Origin: the human T2T-CHM13v2.0 reference genome, Homo sapiens
NCBI RefSeq assembly: GCF_009914755.1
Contig: NC_060925.1
Length of the DNA stretch: 64,000 nucleotides
Reading direction: 5' to 3' (one strand)
In this document: positions 35,787 to 49,800 of the stretch, piece after piece
Position numbering within the stretch: the first letter of the stretch is position 1
How the letters are laid out: each line of letters starts with the position of its first letter
The notes under the pieces: model-generated
What the model saw: only the letters and a program-made list of their open reading frames with translations
Databases searched by the model: none
What the model was told of the DNA's origin: nothing
Made by a program: the position numbers and the translations under genes

Positions 35787-37355
35787 CGCACAAGTTTGGG
35801 CCACCAGAATGATGCTTTTTCAGTGGTTTGAGGGTGATTTTCACTAATATCAGACACAGGATGAGTTCAGTGCTCTGGGCTACCACTGTCCCCCCATGCA
35901 TCCTTGGTCTGGAGCTGACTGTGTGAGCCAGTATGTGGGCTCTTCCCTGACTGGTCAGACCAAGGAACCACCTCTAGTGGAGAGCACTTGAAAAAGGTAT
36001 GTGTGTCTGCAGACATCCTTTATCCTGGGGTCTCCTGCCGTCACCCTGCTGCTGGCATTAGGGCAGTCACACCACCCCTCTGCAAGCTCCGTGTCACATA
36101 TCAGACACTACTTATCATGGCAATGCTTGCCTCCTTTCAGGGCTTTTGAGACTGTAGCAACACAAAGCCAATGGGCCATTTCAATCAATGTCTTTTTTAC
36201 CTCTAATAAACATGGTGACATTCTCTTCTGGGTTGGTTGTAAGCCTTGATGAACAAGTGATGGACACTGGTTGCCCAAATGGGATGGCTCTTTTCATCTA
36301 TCCAGGGCCTCTCATCTATCTTCACCACTGATAACTATATATGGAAAGCAGGGCTGCAGCCAACCTTAAAAGAGTCACATTCTAGGGATGCAGTGATTAA
36401 GGTCTAGACAATTCAAGAGAGGACATGGTTGAGAGATATGCCATTCTATGTTAATGCAGTAAGTTCTATAAATAAATGCTATTAATACATTCCAAACAAT
36501 AAATTTAACATGACCACAGTATGAATAATTGTTTGCATTTTCCTGCATTCTCTGTGTGAGACCTGTGTTTGTGGTCATCATGAACAAATACACTAACACC
36601 ATTTGAGTCATTAGTATCCAGTGTTCACAGGCAGTACAATGGATGTTGAAGCAATATGAGTAATGCTGTAATCAGCATTAAATAAATGGCATTATGGAAC
36701 TGCAGAGGCAAAAAGATCTATACGGTTCCAATTATAATAGGACCTGAAGAGCCATTGCATTGTGAATGATAATAGTGTTACTACCTTTTCCTTGCAGTGG
36801 TAGATATGAAATTGAACAGGAATGGTTTCTTTAGTAATAATTAATACAAATAGGTGACTCCAAGAAACTAGAAAAAATTTTTATGTTCACCGATTGGACA
36901 ATAAGTAGCTATGTTTCCTTACCTTGACTCTCTTCAGCTTTTCCTTACCTTGACTCTTTAACAGCAAATCACTCCATCTCACATGGGTCCATGACTTTTA
37001 TAATTATTTTTGTAATCAGATGATTGCTATAGATAGATTCTCTCTCTCCTCGAACATTTCCTCAGGGCTTTTAATATCTACAGGCAACCCTGGACAGAAG
37101 ATAGTGTTGCTAAAGTGTTCAAGTTTCTATCTCTCTTCCATTCAAGAAATTCCCACCTGGAGCCTCTTAGCCCTGTCTTCAAATTTCCAGACTCTAGTTG
37201 CTCTGGCTTGAGTCAGGTGTGCACCTCTATCCAATCAGCTATGTCAGTTTTTCAGGATCATGGTGTAATGTATAGACCTGACTGCTAGGAGGCACTCCTG
37301 TGGGACAAGGGGAGTAAAGGGTAGTGCCCACAGAAAAGAAAAAGCAGTTGGTTCT

Positions 37356-37985
37356 TGTATTGGTTTTCTAGTGCCAAGTAACAAATTACCACAACCTTAG
37401 AAGCTTAAAGTAACATGTATTTGTTATCTCTCAGTTTCTGTGGATGAGAAGTCTGGGCATAGCTTAATTGGATTATCTGCTTAGGGTTTCACTAGGCAGC
37501 AATCAAGGTGCCAAGTGGAGCTGCAATTTCATCTGAAGCTTTTAGGCATATTCAGGTTGTTAGTGGAATTTAGTTCCCTGAAACTTTACATCAGAGGTCC
37601 CTATTTTCTTGGGAGATGTTGGCCAGGGGGTTCTCTCAGCTTCTAGAGACTGCCCTCAGGTCCTAATTACATGGCCATCTCAAAACGGAGTTTACTTCTC
37701 CAAAGCCAGCAGGAGAATTTCTCTCCAGTTGGCTGCTGCTGCTGCCACTACCATTACTACTATATACTACTACTATAACTATTACTGCTATAAAGTCTTA
37801 TATAATATAATGTAATCAGAGGAGAAATGGTTCCGTCCCCTTTGCCATATAACATAAACTAATCAAAGGAGTGCCATCTCATTGTATTCACAGGTCCTGC
37901 CCACACTCACAGAGAGGGTATAATACAGGGCATGTACACCAGGACACAGAAATCTTGGGAGCCATCTTGAAATTCTGCCAACCAT
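37356..37985 (-). mobile_element. MLT1 (MaLR) LTR
   Basis: tgtattggttttcta...aacaaattaccacaacc...gccatcttgaaattctgccaacca. Confidence 0.7.
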
Positions 37986-38323
37986 GGCTTCTGAATAGGC
38001 AAATACTCCAAAGGCCACTACAGTTGTTGCTTTCTCAAATCATTGAGACATCCTTCTTAAACTGATGGTCTATATTTTTCTCTTTAACTTTATTTTAAGA
38101 ATGGCATAGTTTATGGGATGTGTGTGAGTATTCATGGACACTCAAGTCTCACATACCCCAAATATACATCTCTAAGAATATTTTGTCACACAGATTTCTT
38201 TCAAATTTAAAATAAATGTGCTGAAAGAAATGACAAGACGTTATTAAACATTGTTTACTTAGTACGTGTTATGATTTGACATTCTTAGAAATTCACTACA
38301 TTAAAAAATGTGAATACATGTGC

Positions 38324-38346
38324 GCACACACACACACACACACACA
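38324..38346. repeat. (CA)n microsatellite
   Basis: Direct reading. Confidence 0.9.
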
Positions 38347-39081
38347 ACAACAACTCTCCTACAACTTAAATGCTCTTTTCATTCTGTAGAAACCATTAAT
38401 AGGGAATTTTTGCCAGTTGGTGTTTCAGAGTCCTTTATAAATTAATTATAGTATTTACCAGCCATGTGGGAGTGAGAAGTCTAATTAGGTCAAGGAGGCT
38501 GGCCCTGCTGGAGACTGAGGGCAAAAGCATATATACGGTGTCAGTCACAAATCTACTGCAGTTCTTTCTTGAGCACGTATGTTTAAATAAAAAACTGGAA
38601 CAATTCAAATGCTACATACAAAGTTATGAGAAAAATCATATCACAATTAGAATAAAAGCAGGTTGAAGTTTGCCATCTATCTATAGCAAAAATAAAATGT
38701 TTTTACTGACGAAGGATTTCACACACCTGTGCCATGCCACAGCAGGTATGGCATGTTCAATTCTGACAACACACTCATTTATTTATTTGTCCATTCATTC
38801 ATTGACTTACCCACTCAACAGGTACAGGACTAGATATTGCAGCTATAAAGAAGATTATGTCACAGTCTCTTTGTTTAAGGAGCGCACAGAGTGCCGATGC
38901 ATATGGATGTGTAAATAGTGAGAAAACTGTGTTGTAAGTATAGTATAGGTATAATCAGAGGATATTATGGGTGTTCCCAGGAAGAATGACTCCCTCAGTT
39001 CATGGGTGGGGAAGGGAAATGCATTAAGGATACTTCATCACAAGTAACAGAAACCAAAGCTGGTTAAACTTTATCCTTAAA

Positions 39082-39232
39082 GGACTGGGATAAGAGCGAG
39101 GCAAATAACACAAACAGGGCATGACATTTAAGGAGGCAGTCTCAGGTGCTGAGCCTGGAGTTATCACTTGAGAATGAGCGCCTCCTTAAATGTTGAACCC
39201 TAGGCATCTGGCTCACCCTAGTCCCCATCCTG
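39082..39232. mobile_element. Palindromic hAT MITE (MER96-like)
   Basis: Inverted repeat catttaaggaggc (39125-39137) / gcctccttaaatg (39180-39192); end ctcaccctagtcccc. Confidence 0.6.
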
Positions 39233-39342
39233 TTATTCCTTCAGTCTTACCTTCTTCAAAAACTCTCATCCCCCACAGTGAAAAACAGTTGAAAAACTGT
39301 TTACATCCTAGTGTAAATAACTAAAAACAGTTTAAAGTGTCC

Positions 39343-39636
39343 TTTTTTTTTTTTTTTTTTGAGACGGAGTCTGGCTGGAGTGCAATGGCACGATCTCGGC
39401 TCACTGCAACCTCCACCTCTCCACCTCCTGGGGTCAAGCGATTCTTCTGCTTCAGCCTCCCGAGTAACTGGGGTTATAGGCATGCACCGCTACTCCCAGC
39501 TAATTTTTGTATTTTTAGTAGAGATGGGGTTTCACCACGTTGGCCAAGCTTGTCTGGAACTCCTGATCTCAAGCGATGCACTCATCTTGGCCTCCCAAAG
39601 TGCTAGGATTACAGGCGTGAGCCACCGCACCCTGCC
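39343..39636 (-). mobile_element. AluS
   Basis: Poly-T plus full dimer. Confidence 0.9.
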
Positions 39637-42516
39637 TAAAGTTTACATTCTTATAAAGGGATTTTCAGTTAAATCAAGTATTAAACCATGAAAGAAAAAC
39701 TCAAATGTTTACAGGGTTCAGGCAGTAACATAAATCAATGATGCAGGCCTGTGTAAAACACTAGGGAATGAGGGAAAATGTGATGAGCTGTTCAAAGCCT
39801 TTCAAATTCAACCTAAACATAAATGTTGTCTTGGCCAAATAAAAAGTTCTTTTGGATTATCAGGTCAGTAGGATAGTTGTTTGTGTACCCTGCCTGTTAA
39901 AGAAATTCATTTGCTATGTTAGAACTTTAGATTTCTGTAAGAAAATGGTTATGAGGACATAAGCCTAGATGGAAAACCCTTGGGATATTCTTTCTCCTCT
40001 TAAGGGTTCATTGTGAGGCCCTACTCAGCATTCTTTTGCATTTCTTTCCTGCGGGCTCCAAGATTTGGCATAGTTGTTTCCATTCTTTGCTGTCACTATT
40101 TGTTCTTTTGCTGTGATCTATGAGTCACAGAACATAGCTGAAGAGTTTTTCACAGTTAGAAACCAGAGAGAAATAGACAAAGTTTAGGAACAGGAAAGTT
40201 ATAGCATCATTAGAACTCTTAAAAGTCTCTTGTCTGGACGGGAACAGTATGATAAACAAGAGCACTCGCAGTTTATATCTACTCAACGTGCTTTTCTATC
40301 GCCATCTCACAGTCCAGGTGCTTCTGGGGGCCTGTCAATCATGGTTCTTCCTTTACCCCCGAGCACAGTTTGAGATTCTTGTCTCAAGATGTTCAGTCAG
40401 AATGTCCAGTCTCCTGATGGGGGGAAGGAGTAAAGCAGCTAGCCCTGTGGACCATTAACTTCCTTTCCTATGGGGGCACCACTAGGAAAAAGAAAGGAAG
40501 GCAGGTAATCTATTCTAATCTCCTTTCTGACTAGACACCCTAATAAATAGAATAATGATTTTAGACAGAAGGAGATCTTTCTACAGAAAGCCCTTAGCAG
40601 GATCTCCCTGGATAAGGATTACTTCTAGTAAATAAATCTGGAATCTATTGATTTATGGGGACATGGATGGCTTCTCTGAAGAATGTCTTGTAATGGCATG
40701 CCATTTTATAACATTCTGAGGTATAAAATGGAGATGTATTATAAATTACACGCCTCTACTCTGTAAGGTAATAATCAGCAAAACTACGTACAGAGACCTA
40801 GTCAATCACTGGGGGTCAGTGGATAGGAAGCATCTGGCAAAGCCACACAGAATGTCCCAGACTTTCTCTGCTCTGTCTTTGCCTCTTGATTGCCTGTACT
40901 CCTGAAATTATTAGGAAAGCTTGATGCTATTTCTGATTTTTGTGAGTCCTTTTCGAGCATCAAATTCTGTGTGTTAGCTCACCTAATCATGGTGATTGTC
41001 TGAAAACTGAATATATGAACCAGGCAAGGCCAATCAGAATATTCCCGAGGATTCATTTAGGATTATTGGGAAAGAGAAGTTTTTTCTTCATTAGAGTTGC
41101 TGATCTGGTATATGTGAATGTGAGACCCACCTATATAGAGAAAGTTTACCCACAAAAGGAAGTCAAGTAGATACAATAAGAGCTGATAGATGGAGAGAAT
41201 TAAAGAGAAAGAAGTGGGACGAGGGAAAAAAGTGAACTCTGAATATAGCATTTGTATCCCTGAATATAGCTCTATCTGAGGCATGCTTATCTCTTGGACT
41301 TCCCAGTCACCTAAGTCATGTCAGCACACTTTCTTTTGGCTTAAGCTACATTGCACTGGGGTTCTGTCACCTGCAACTAAAAATTCTGATTAATATGATA
41401 GCTTGAATTTGGCATGAGCCAGACTGGGAGGACCTGGGAACTCAGGACCAGGCAAACCCACTAGGAAGGAGTAGTACTCAAAGAAAAATATCAGATGTGA
41501 AACAAGGAATACATATATCATAAAGCTATTTTGAACTTCCACTTGTGATTCAGACATAAACGTTAACAGAATTTAAAATAAAATTGCAACTATTATAACA
41601 ATTTTAAGCACCTTATTTTATGTATTTATGAAAGAATGTTCTTCTGTCTTTTTATTCTTTTCCTAGTTTTGCCCTGTGTATGACCTCGTTTGGAGCCATG
41701 AAACCAGGTAACATAAAGTGTTTTGTAGCTTTGGCTTTGATTTAGGAAGCAAAACTTCTTCTTAGCAATTATCCTTTTATGTTGCAATTACCTATTTGTT
41801 TTTATGTATCTCCAATTCTTCGCAGAATAAAATAAACATTATTCTCACTACCCAAGCACCTGGAACAAGGTTAATGCTCGATGTTTGTAGGATAAATGAA
41901 GAGAGGAATTTTATTTTTACCATTATTGAAACTATGCATAAGCCTGACCAATGTGAAACTGTACAGGCTTGATTCCTTCTTACTCTTTACCAAATGTGCA
42001 TAATTATTTTACTTGGTATGCAACAAAATGTTTGATTGTGATGAATGCTATTATAGTTAAGGCGTGTTGCAAACATTTGCTGCAATAAACAAGGAATGAC
42101 TATTCTAAATTGTTTCAAAGTCTAGAGTAGTGGATAAAATCATGAGTCTGGAACTAGATTTCTTGCACTGCTTTCTGCTAGCCTTGCGACTTTGGTCAAG
42201 GTGCTACCTTTCTTTTTCCTCACCTGTATAATAGTGATAACAGTGCATTATATTGTTGTTGTCAGTATTAAATATGTACTATGTTTAAAACTCTTCTCAT
42301 GAAGAGTATCTAGCATGTGATATGTGTAATGTGTTTACTGTGATTATTCTTATTATTGTTATTCTCCAAAATTCAGTTTTATCAAAGTAAGATGGGGAAA
42401 ATATTACATATATGTGTGTATTTCTAATGGATAATACATGTAAAATGCCTGACAATAAATACACAATTACCAATTTTCAGAAACAAAACAATAATATAGC
42501 CCATCTAATACTGAAG

Positions 42517-42519
<3 letters not shown>

Positions 42520-42557
<38 letters not shown>
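42520..42557. repeat. (CA)n microsatellite
   Basis: Direct reading. Confidence 0.97.
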
Positions 42558-42559
<2 letters not shown>

Positions 42560-42569
42560 ATAAACAGCA

Positions 42570-42820
42570 TAATGTTGAAGTTGACAGGTACAGGCATTGA
42601 AACCAGTTTGCTCGGGTCAAATCCAGACTCCATTGCATATTATTTGTGTAATGTTGGGCAGGTTACTTAGCTTCTTGGAGTCACCTCTAATAAAATGAGG
42701 ACAGTGGTAACATGTATTCCATAATGTGGTCTTGAGAATTAATTGTGTCAATTTTTCTAAAGTAATAAAGGCAATGCCAGGAAAATATTAAGTAGTCAAT
42801 AAGTGTTAGCTCTTATTATC
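42570..42820 (+). mobile_element. MIR
   Basis: gggtcaaatccagactcc...ttgggcaggttacttagc...taaaatgagga. Confidence 0.65.
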
Positions 42821-42935
42821 ACTTTGAGCTTCAGTCACATTCAGTGATGACAATGAGGACAACGGTATTTACCTTACCAGGCTGCTGTGTAGATAAAGTG
42901 TGATAGCGCCCATGAAAATGTCTAGTAAATATGGG

Positions 42936-43058
42936 CAGCTGAAGCAGGAGAATCGCTTGAACCTGGGAGACGGAGGTTGCAGTGAGTCGAGATCTTGTCA
43001 CTGCCCTCCAGCCTGGGTGACAGAGTAAGACTCTGTCTCAAAAAAAAAAAAAAAAAAA
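42936..43058 (+). mobile_element. 5'-truncated Alu (right arm) with TSD
   Basis: gctgaagcaggagaatcgcttgaacc...poly-A; TSD gtctagtaaata at 42920-42931 and 43059-43070. Confidence 0.9.
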
Positions 43059-43097
43059 GTCTAGTAAATAGTACTCAATAAATGCCAATTTTCTCCA

Positions 43098-43412
<315 letters not shown>

Positions 43413-43856
43413 AAATATCAATTGCATTTCCATGTGTGAATATAGGACAGAGAAGATAGATTAGGTGGAATTTTATCAGTGACACATATTATACATTGTT
43501 ATCAAGTAAATATTATCAGTCGGCGTATTAGCTGTTCTTTTCTTATAAAAGTAGATTGTGCCACAGATACCTTATTTTGTTAATTCTTTTGATTCTGGTC
43601 ATAGATAAATGGTGATTTACTCTATTCAAAGAAGGATAGAAAAGTGGGCTTGCATTTTAGGTTTCTTGTGGCATACACTGGTGTGCAATCTGCTAGAACT
43701 GAAGGAGGATGTTATTAATCAAAAGGTGCACAAGGAGGGAAAGGACTTCATTATGCTGTTTTGCTTCCACAACTTGCACCTGGAGCTTCTTAATGAATGT
43801 GCCCTTTGGAGACAGGTGGCACTCTGAAAAGTGTAAGCCTCTTTAAACCTCTTCTT

Positions 43857-43898
43857 GTCTCAAATTGACACGTCCTCGTCTCAAATTGACACGTCCTC
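43857..43898. repeat. 21-bp perfect tandem duplication
   Basis: gtctcaaattgacacgtcctc x2. Confidence 0.95.
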
Positions 43899-45574
43899 AT
43901 GACACTATGAATAATCAATCTAATTCTTAAATGATGTGAATGACTTTGGTTGGACTATAATTAGTTGAAGCAATTTTTTCTCCTGGTCATTAGAAGCACA
44001 CATTGCTAGAATTAGGGAAAGAAAGAAAGTCAGGAAATGGCTGGGAAAAAAAGTCATGTATTCCTTGAAAAATACAAATTTATAGATGATATTGTGTACT
44101 GGGTGAACAAATCCAGTAGATGGCAGTTTAGTAACATACAATATCCTTCTATCATGGGGAATTCATGTTTAGCAGTCATCTTTTCTTAGAATATATATGA
44201 AAATATATATCTTAAATGTTATCTGTTTATTGCGATATTTTGTGGAAAAGTTATCATCTACCACCTCTATGGGTGCTCTCTGCTGGCTAAGAGAAGCAAA
44301 GTTGTTATAAACTTGTCAAATAACAAACAATATAAGGTGTGTTGGAATTTTCCAGGATTTTTCCATCATATTTTATTACCTCCCATTCATTTGAAGCACA
44401 TATAGATATCTATGATATTTGAAGAAATAAAGGATTTGGCAATGTTTTTTAAGAAAAATAGCACTATAACCAACAATTGATTCCTCTGAAAAGCTGGCTA
44501 TAATTTTTAGCATTTCATGCATAATTTCTTTAATTGTTAGCTAAGATATTTAGTAAGCTAAGAGAATTATGGAAAGGGAGCAGAGTATATATAGATTATC
44601 AGAATGAGAAGGTAATATATCTGAGAATTTTTGAATGTTAAAAGGAGAAAAAAAGAGCCCAACCTTCCCTGGGATATAAACTCAAAGACTGCATCACTTC
44701 TTACATGGGATTCAACAAAAAGTCCAGGCATTAGGAAAATTCTGATTCCAGAACAGAAAGCTAGCAGTACGTTCTAAGATAGAAGTAAACCATTACACAC
44801 ATTGCATTGGTTTAATTGAGCATACATTATATCCTTCAGTAAGAAATTTCTGCCATGGTGCACTATTTTCTTGGGCACCAGGGCCTGACAGCTTTCTCAC
44901 ACAAGTCAGCAGTTGAAAGTGATACAATTTTGATGTGAAATGTGCTTATACTTTGAAAGCAATTAAACAAGCCTTGTTTGCTTATAATTTTCTAATAAAA
45001 TAAAAGACCTTATGTGGAAAGCAATTTTAAAAACACATCATAACATTTTAAGTATGTAGGTCTTGCGACGTTTGTTCCCATTTTCTAGTGACAGACACAG
45101 AGTAATAAGATTTCCCTAACAGATGCTTAGTGCTGGGTACTCACATGTCACTCAAGCTGACAAGGTTTCAGAAAAAAACACTTTCTTCACCATGTTACCA
45201 TTTTGAAAGATCAGCTATTGCATATAATTTAATTTTGTTTAATTGAAAGGTATAAAATTCACAAAATACAGTTTATAAAAGTTAATGTAATGAATAAATT
45301 GGGAATATACCTTAAACAACCCACTAGATCCTATCTACAAATTTAGTCTGTCTCAGACAAGACTTTAATCCTATATGCCTGGAGAAGAGTTTTAGCTCAG
45401 TTCACGATAAGATTATAGAATTTTAAAGCTGGGAAAAATACGTGTAGATAATCTACTTCTTTCAATGCCCAGTTTTAATGATTTACTTTTTATATATACC
45501 TGAAAAATTGGACTTATACCTGAAAAATTTGAACTTAATTAATATACAGCAGGCACCATTAAAGTTACATAGAT

Positions 45575-46360
45575 TATTTATTCAATCTTTCAACCAACAT
45601 TTATCAAGCATCTTACATATACTGACTAGTATTTCCGAGGAACTGTATTATGGACTTTTAATGCAAGAATAAATAGTTCACTATCCTTGCCTCTGAGGAA
45701 GTGCTCAGAGTCTAGCTGGGAAGATAGACAAGTAAATTAATAACTATACTATAGTGTGATAAAGCCTAGACAGGTTTGTATACAGCCCTGTGGGAAAACA
45801 GATGAGGGTGCAACCTATGTCACCTGGGGGTTTTGGGAAGATAACAGAAAGGAAATCACATTCGAGCTGGGTCTTGGAGTTTGAGCAGGAATTCTCGGGG
45901 AAAAGTAGGGGTGAGGATTTAGTAAAGGAAATAGACATGAAGGCAGAAGAATATGTTCACAGAATGACATTTTTAAATACAAGGAATGGTGGGAAATGAT
46001 GTAGAGTGGCCCTGGAAACGTAGTTCAGAGAAAGACTGCAAAAATCAGATGCTAGAGAGTTTGGCTAGAGAGTTAGGAAACAGGGAGCTACTAAAAAAAA
46101 TTGAAAATGAAGAAAAAGGATATGATCAGATTTATATTTTTAAAAACATTATCTCTGGCAATGGTGTGAAAGATGGGTTAGACAAAGTCAAGAATAGTCT
46201 GATTGAAATATGTTCAGGTCTATACTAGCACAGTGGAAGTGACAATGGACAAACGCACGTATTAAGGTACACTTTAGAAATGGAAGTAACAATTTGGCGA
46301 TCAGTTGCTTGGAAGAGGTGCGTGCTAAGGTAAAGGGAGAAGGTAAGAATGGCTTCAAGA
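45575..46360 (+). mobile_element. L2 fragment
   Basis: tttattcaatctttcaaccaacatttatcaagc start; atatgatcagatttatatttt motif. Confidence 0.55.
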
Positions 46361-46489
46361 GATCTAGTTGGTATGATTAGTTTTGAGGGTTTGGATAAGC
46401 ATTTATTTAATCCTCTTCACAAGCTTTTGAAGATTCTAACAGGTGAGAAAAATGAATCTCTGAAAAGTTAAGTAATTTGCCAAGGTTAC

Positions 46490-46840
46490 TGCTTTGGACT
46501 GAATTGTGTGCCCCCAAAATTCATATGTTGAAACCCTAACTCTCAATGTAATGACATTTGGAGATGGGGCTTTTAAGAGGTAAATAGGTTTAGATAAGTT
46601 CATAAAGGTACTCATGATGGCACTAGTACCCTTATAAGAAGAGACCAGAGAAGTAGCTCTGTGTGAGAACACAGCAAGAAGGCAGCTTCTGCAAGCCACA
46701 AAGAAGGCCCTCACCAGAAACTGAATGTGGTGGAACTCTGATCTTGGACTTCTTAGCCTCCAGAACTGAGAGAAATCAATGTCTGTTGTTTAAGTGACCC
46801 AACTTCTGGTATTTTGTTACAGTAGCCTGAACAGTCTAGA
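46490..46840 (+). mobile_element. MLT1A-type MaLR LTR
   Basis: tgctttggactgaattgtgtgcccccaaaattcatatgttgaa...gatcttggacttcttagcctccagaactgagagaaat. Confidence 0.85.
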
Positions 46841-49800
46841 ATTACCATACAGTTAGTAATTTATGAAGGCCAGATTTGAGCACATTCTGTTTCATTAATT
46901 CCAGAATCCAAGCTCTTAACCAGTGTGCTGGCTGTTTCTTTCTATACTCATGGAGTGGCCAGTATGCCATTTACTGGACTAGGAAATATGGGAGGAAAAA
47001 AACATGTTTTGAATATCAGATAATCAGTTCGTTTCTTAACATCTTGAGTTTTACATAAGTGGTAGGCAAAACACTGGAGACATTCAGAAGAGAATTGTAA
47101 ATAATAGTTCTGACGCTCATAAAAGAAATGGAGTCAGAAAGTTCAGCAGTAGGAGATACCAGTAATGATCGAAGCCGTGGGAGTGGCTCACATGGCCCAG
47201 AGAAGAGATGTAGAGTGAGAATGGCAGAGGACTGTGTAGAAAGCTTTCAGTGGCAGTGGAACGAAAGGGGTCGCTGGAGGAGACTGAAAAGGTGCACTCA
47301 GATGACTTAAAGGAAAACTTCCTTTAGTTAAAGTACAACTTCCACGTAAGTCTGTGAAATGGAGACTGACTTTTTCTCCCTTGAACATGCATTGGGGAGA
47401 AGGTTGAAACTGCATATTCTTAATGGTTTACTATTACTTTAAGAGCCTTTTCTTCACTGGAAAGCTGTCATTCACAGCTTCTCTTTTTCTGAAGTTCACA
47501 ATCTCTTCCCATTGGATATCACCATATTCCATTCCACACAAATTTTGTAATTGTAGTAGGCCACAAGTCCACCTCCTTGATGATTCTACCACCCCACCTG
47601 AATTCCTAGACTATCCTTAAGCCAACTTCACTTCCAACATGTTTCCGTGTGAATCAGGGAACTGCTCCTTTTATGAAATAAGCCATAAAATTCTTATGAC
47701 TGAACCTCATAGCTCTCTCTTTCTACCTTCCTCTAACTCAATCCATATTTAATGTAGTTCAAGTCAATTATTAAATACTTATTGTATGTTGTGTGCTAGG
47801 ACTTAGAATACAGACTCACACAACAGACACATATATGCGCACACATAGTGTAAACATACCCTAGCACTGAAACATTGTTTCATCTCACAGAATAGGAAGG
47901 GAGCAGGTATGTAAAAACAATTTTGCAATCCTAGTGTGATAAGTAAAATAATACAGGTATATTATAGATGCAGTAGTATGATACAGTGGAAAGTTTGAAC
48001 AGTTACACTTAAGTTGAAAATGGGAGAGATATCATTTATCTAGAAATGAATAACTAAACCCTAAAACATAGTGGCTTAAAATGGAAATGATTCCTTATTT
48101 CCCATAATTCTGTGGGTTGACTGGGCTCCACCTCCATTCATCTGGTGGTTGGGATGAACAGGAATGGCCAAGAAGATCTCACTCATATGTCTGAGGTATA
48201 GTTGCTATATGCAATCTCTCCTCTCTATGATTTTCTGTCTGCATGGTATCTCATACTCCAGGCAAGATAGCCTGAACTTCTTCGCAATATGGCAGTTGGG
48301 TTAGGCTGGAACTGGAATAGTGTCAGTTCTACAGCATTCTGTTTGTTTGCCCAGAATCAAGGGGTTTTTTGGTGGGAGTAATGGCATGACTGTATAAGGG
48401 TGGAAGGAAATTTTGGCGGCCATTTTTTTTCATACTAAGTACTACACGTGACTTTAATAAGAAAGATGCTTGAAGTGGGTCTTGAAAACTGAGAAGTTCA
48501 TTAGTGAATAGAGGACAGGAAGTTTAGGAGAAGAAGAGGAGCCCTTTGAAAGAACAGCAGTAACATGAAGACAGAAAGCATCATATTTGGTCTGCCTGAC
48601 AGGACATACAGAATGCCTGGAGGCATTTGGGAAAAGGAATTAGAAATGAGCTTGAGAGGCAGGCAAGATTATAAACAGTCTTGTATGTTTTAAGAAGTAA
48701 TGGCACTTTATCATCCAGGCTGCAGAATACCCAGAGGGGTTTCATTCAGGGGAATGACTGCTCTTCACTCTCATTGATTCTTCTGTACTTTGTCAGTTTC
48801 GTATGTTCTTGATCAATAAGACTTCTCTGGCTTCATTTCCTTATTCACTCCAGCTGACAATCCATGGTCATTCAGTTAAACCTCTCTCTCACTGACGCTC
48901 TTATTTCCCAACACTCTCACGACCTTCTTCTCATTCCATTATTCCTAATCCTCGATTCTAGAATAACCCAACCATCTGTTTGTTCTGATCCTGAAACCAG
49001 GCACTGAATAATCCTGGAGCAAATCACATAACCATATTGATTGTCTGTCTGCCTTACACATTTATGATTTCTGACATCTGTTGGACTCTTAATCTTTTTC
49101 TAGGAAATCTTTACAGATACTTACCTATTTCCTATGACGCTTTCTTTTTAAAATTTTTACAGCTTTTTATACTTTGTACTTAATGCTGCACTCTTTATTC
49201 TTTGCAGATTACCTTCCCTACTTCACAGAGGAAATAGTTGTTACAGTCAGGAAAATTTTCCTTTATAACTTCTTCCTGGAGTTCATCTATTCTTTTCATT
49301 CTGGATGATCCTCTTTCTTTCCTTCCAGATTCCTATCATTCTGGACTTATTCTACTTCTCCTGCAACTCTAAATTGATTTACAGTTCTTATCCATCCTTA
49401 TTTTCTTTCCTCCTTCAACATAGTCATTCTTCCTTTTTTACCCCTTTCCTCTTGCCTTTGACCTCAAACCTTCTCCCTCTTGCAAGTTCTTGCTTTAATA
49501 ATGATCTCCTTTTTTACTTGCTTTTCCATTCTCTTTCTACAACTTCCTCCTCAGCCATGCTTCTACCACAATCAGTATTCTCTCATTGTACCCCCTGCTT
49601 ATTGTTTATTTTATATTTATTCCTTGGTAACCTGAAGCTAGGCTTGTCTCGATTGAACACCAGGCAAAGTTTTTGACATATAGTATGAAAGTAATAAATA
49701 TGTATTAATGATCAATTTCTAATTTCCAATATTATAACCTCTTTTAAGTTCTCATATTATAGTGAGAAGATGGGGAAAAGGTCCCAGTTTAAGGTCCTGT

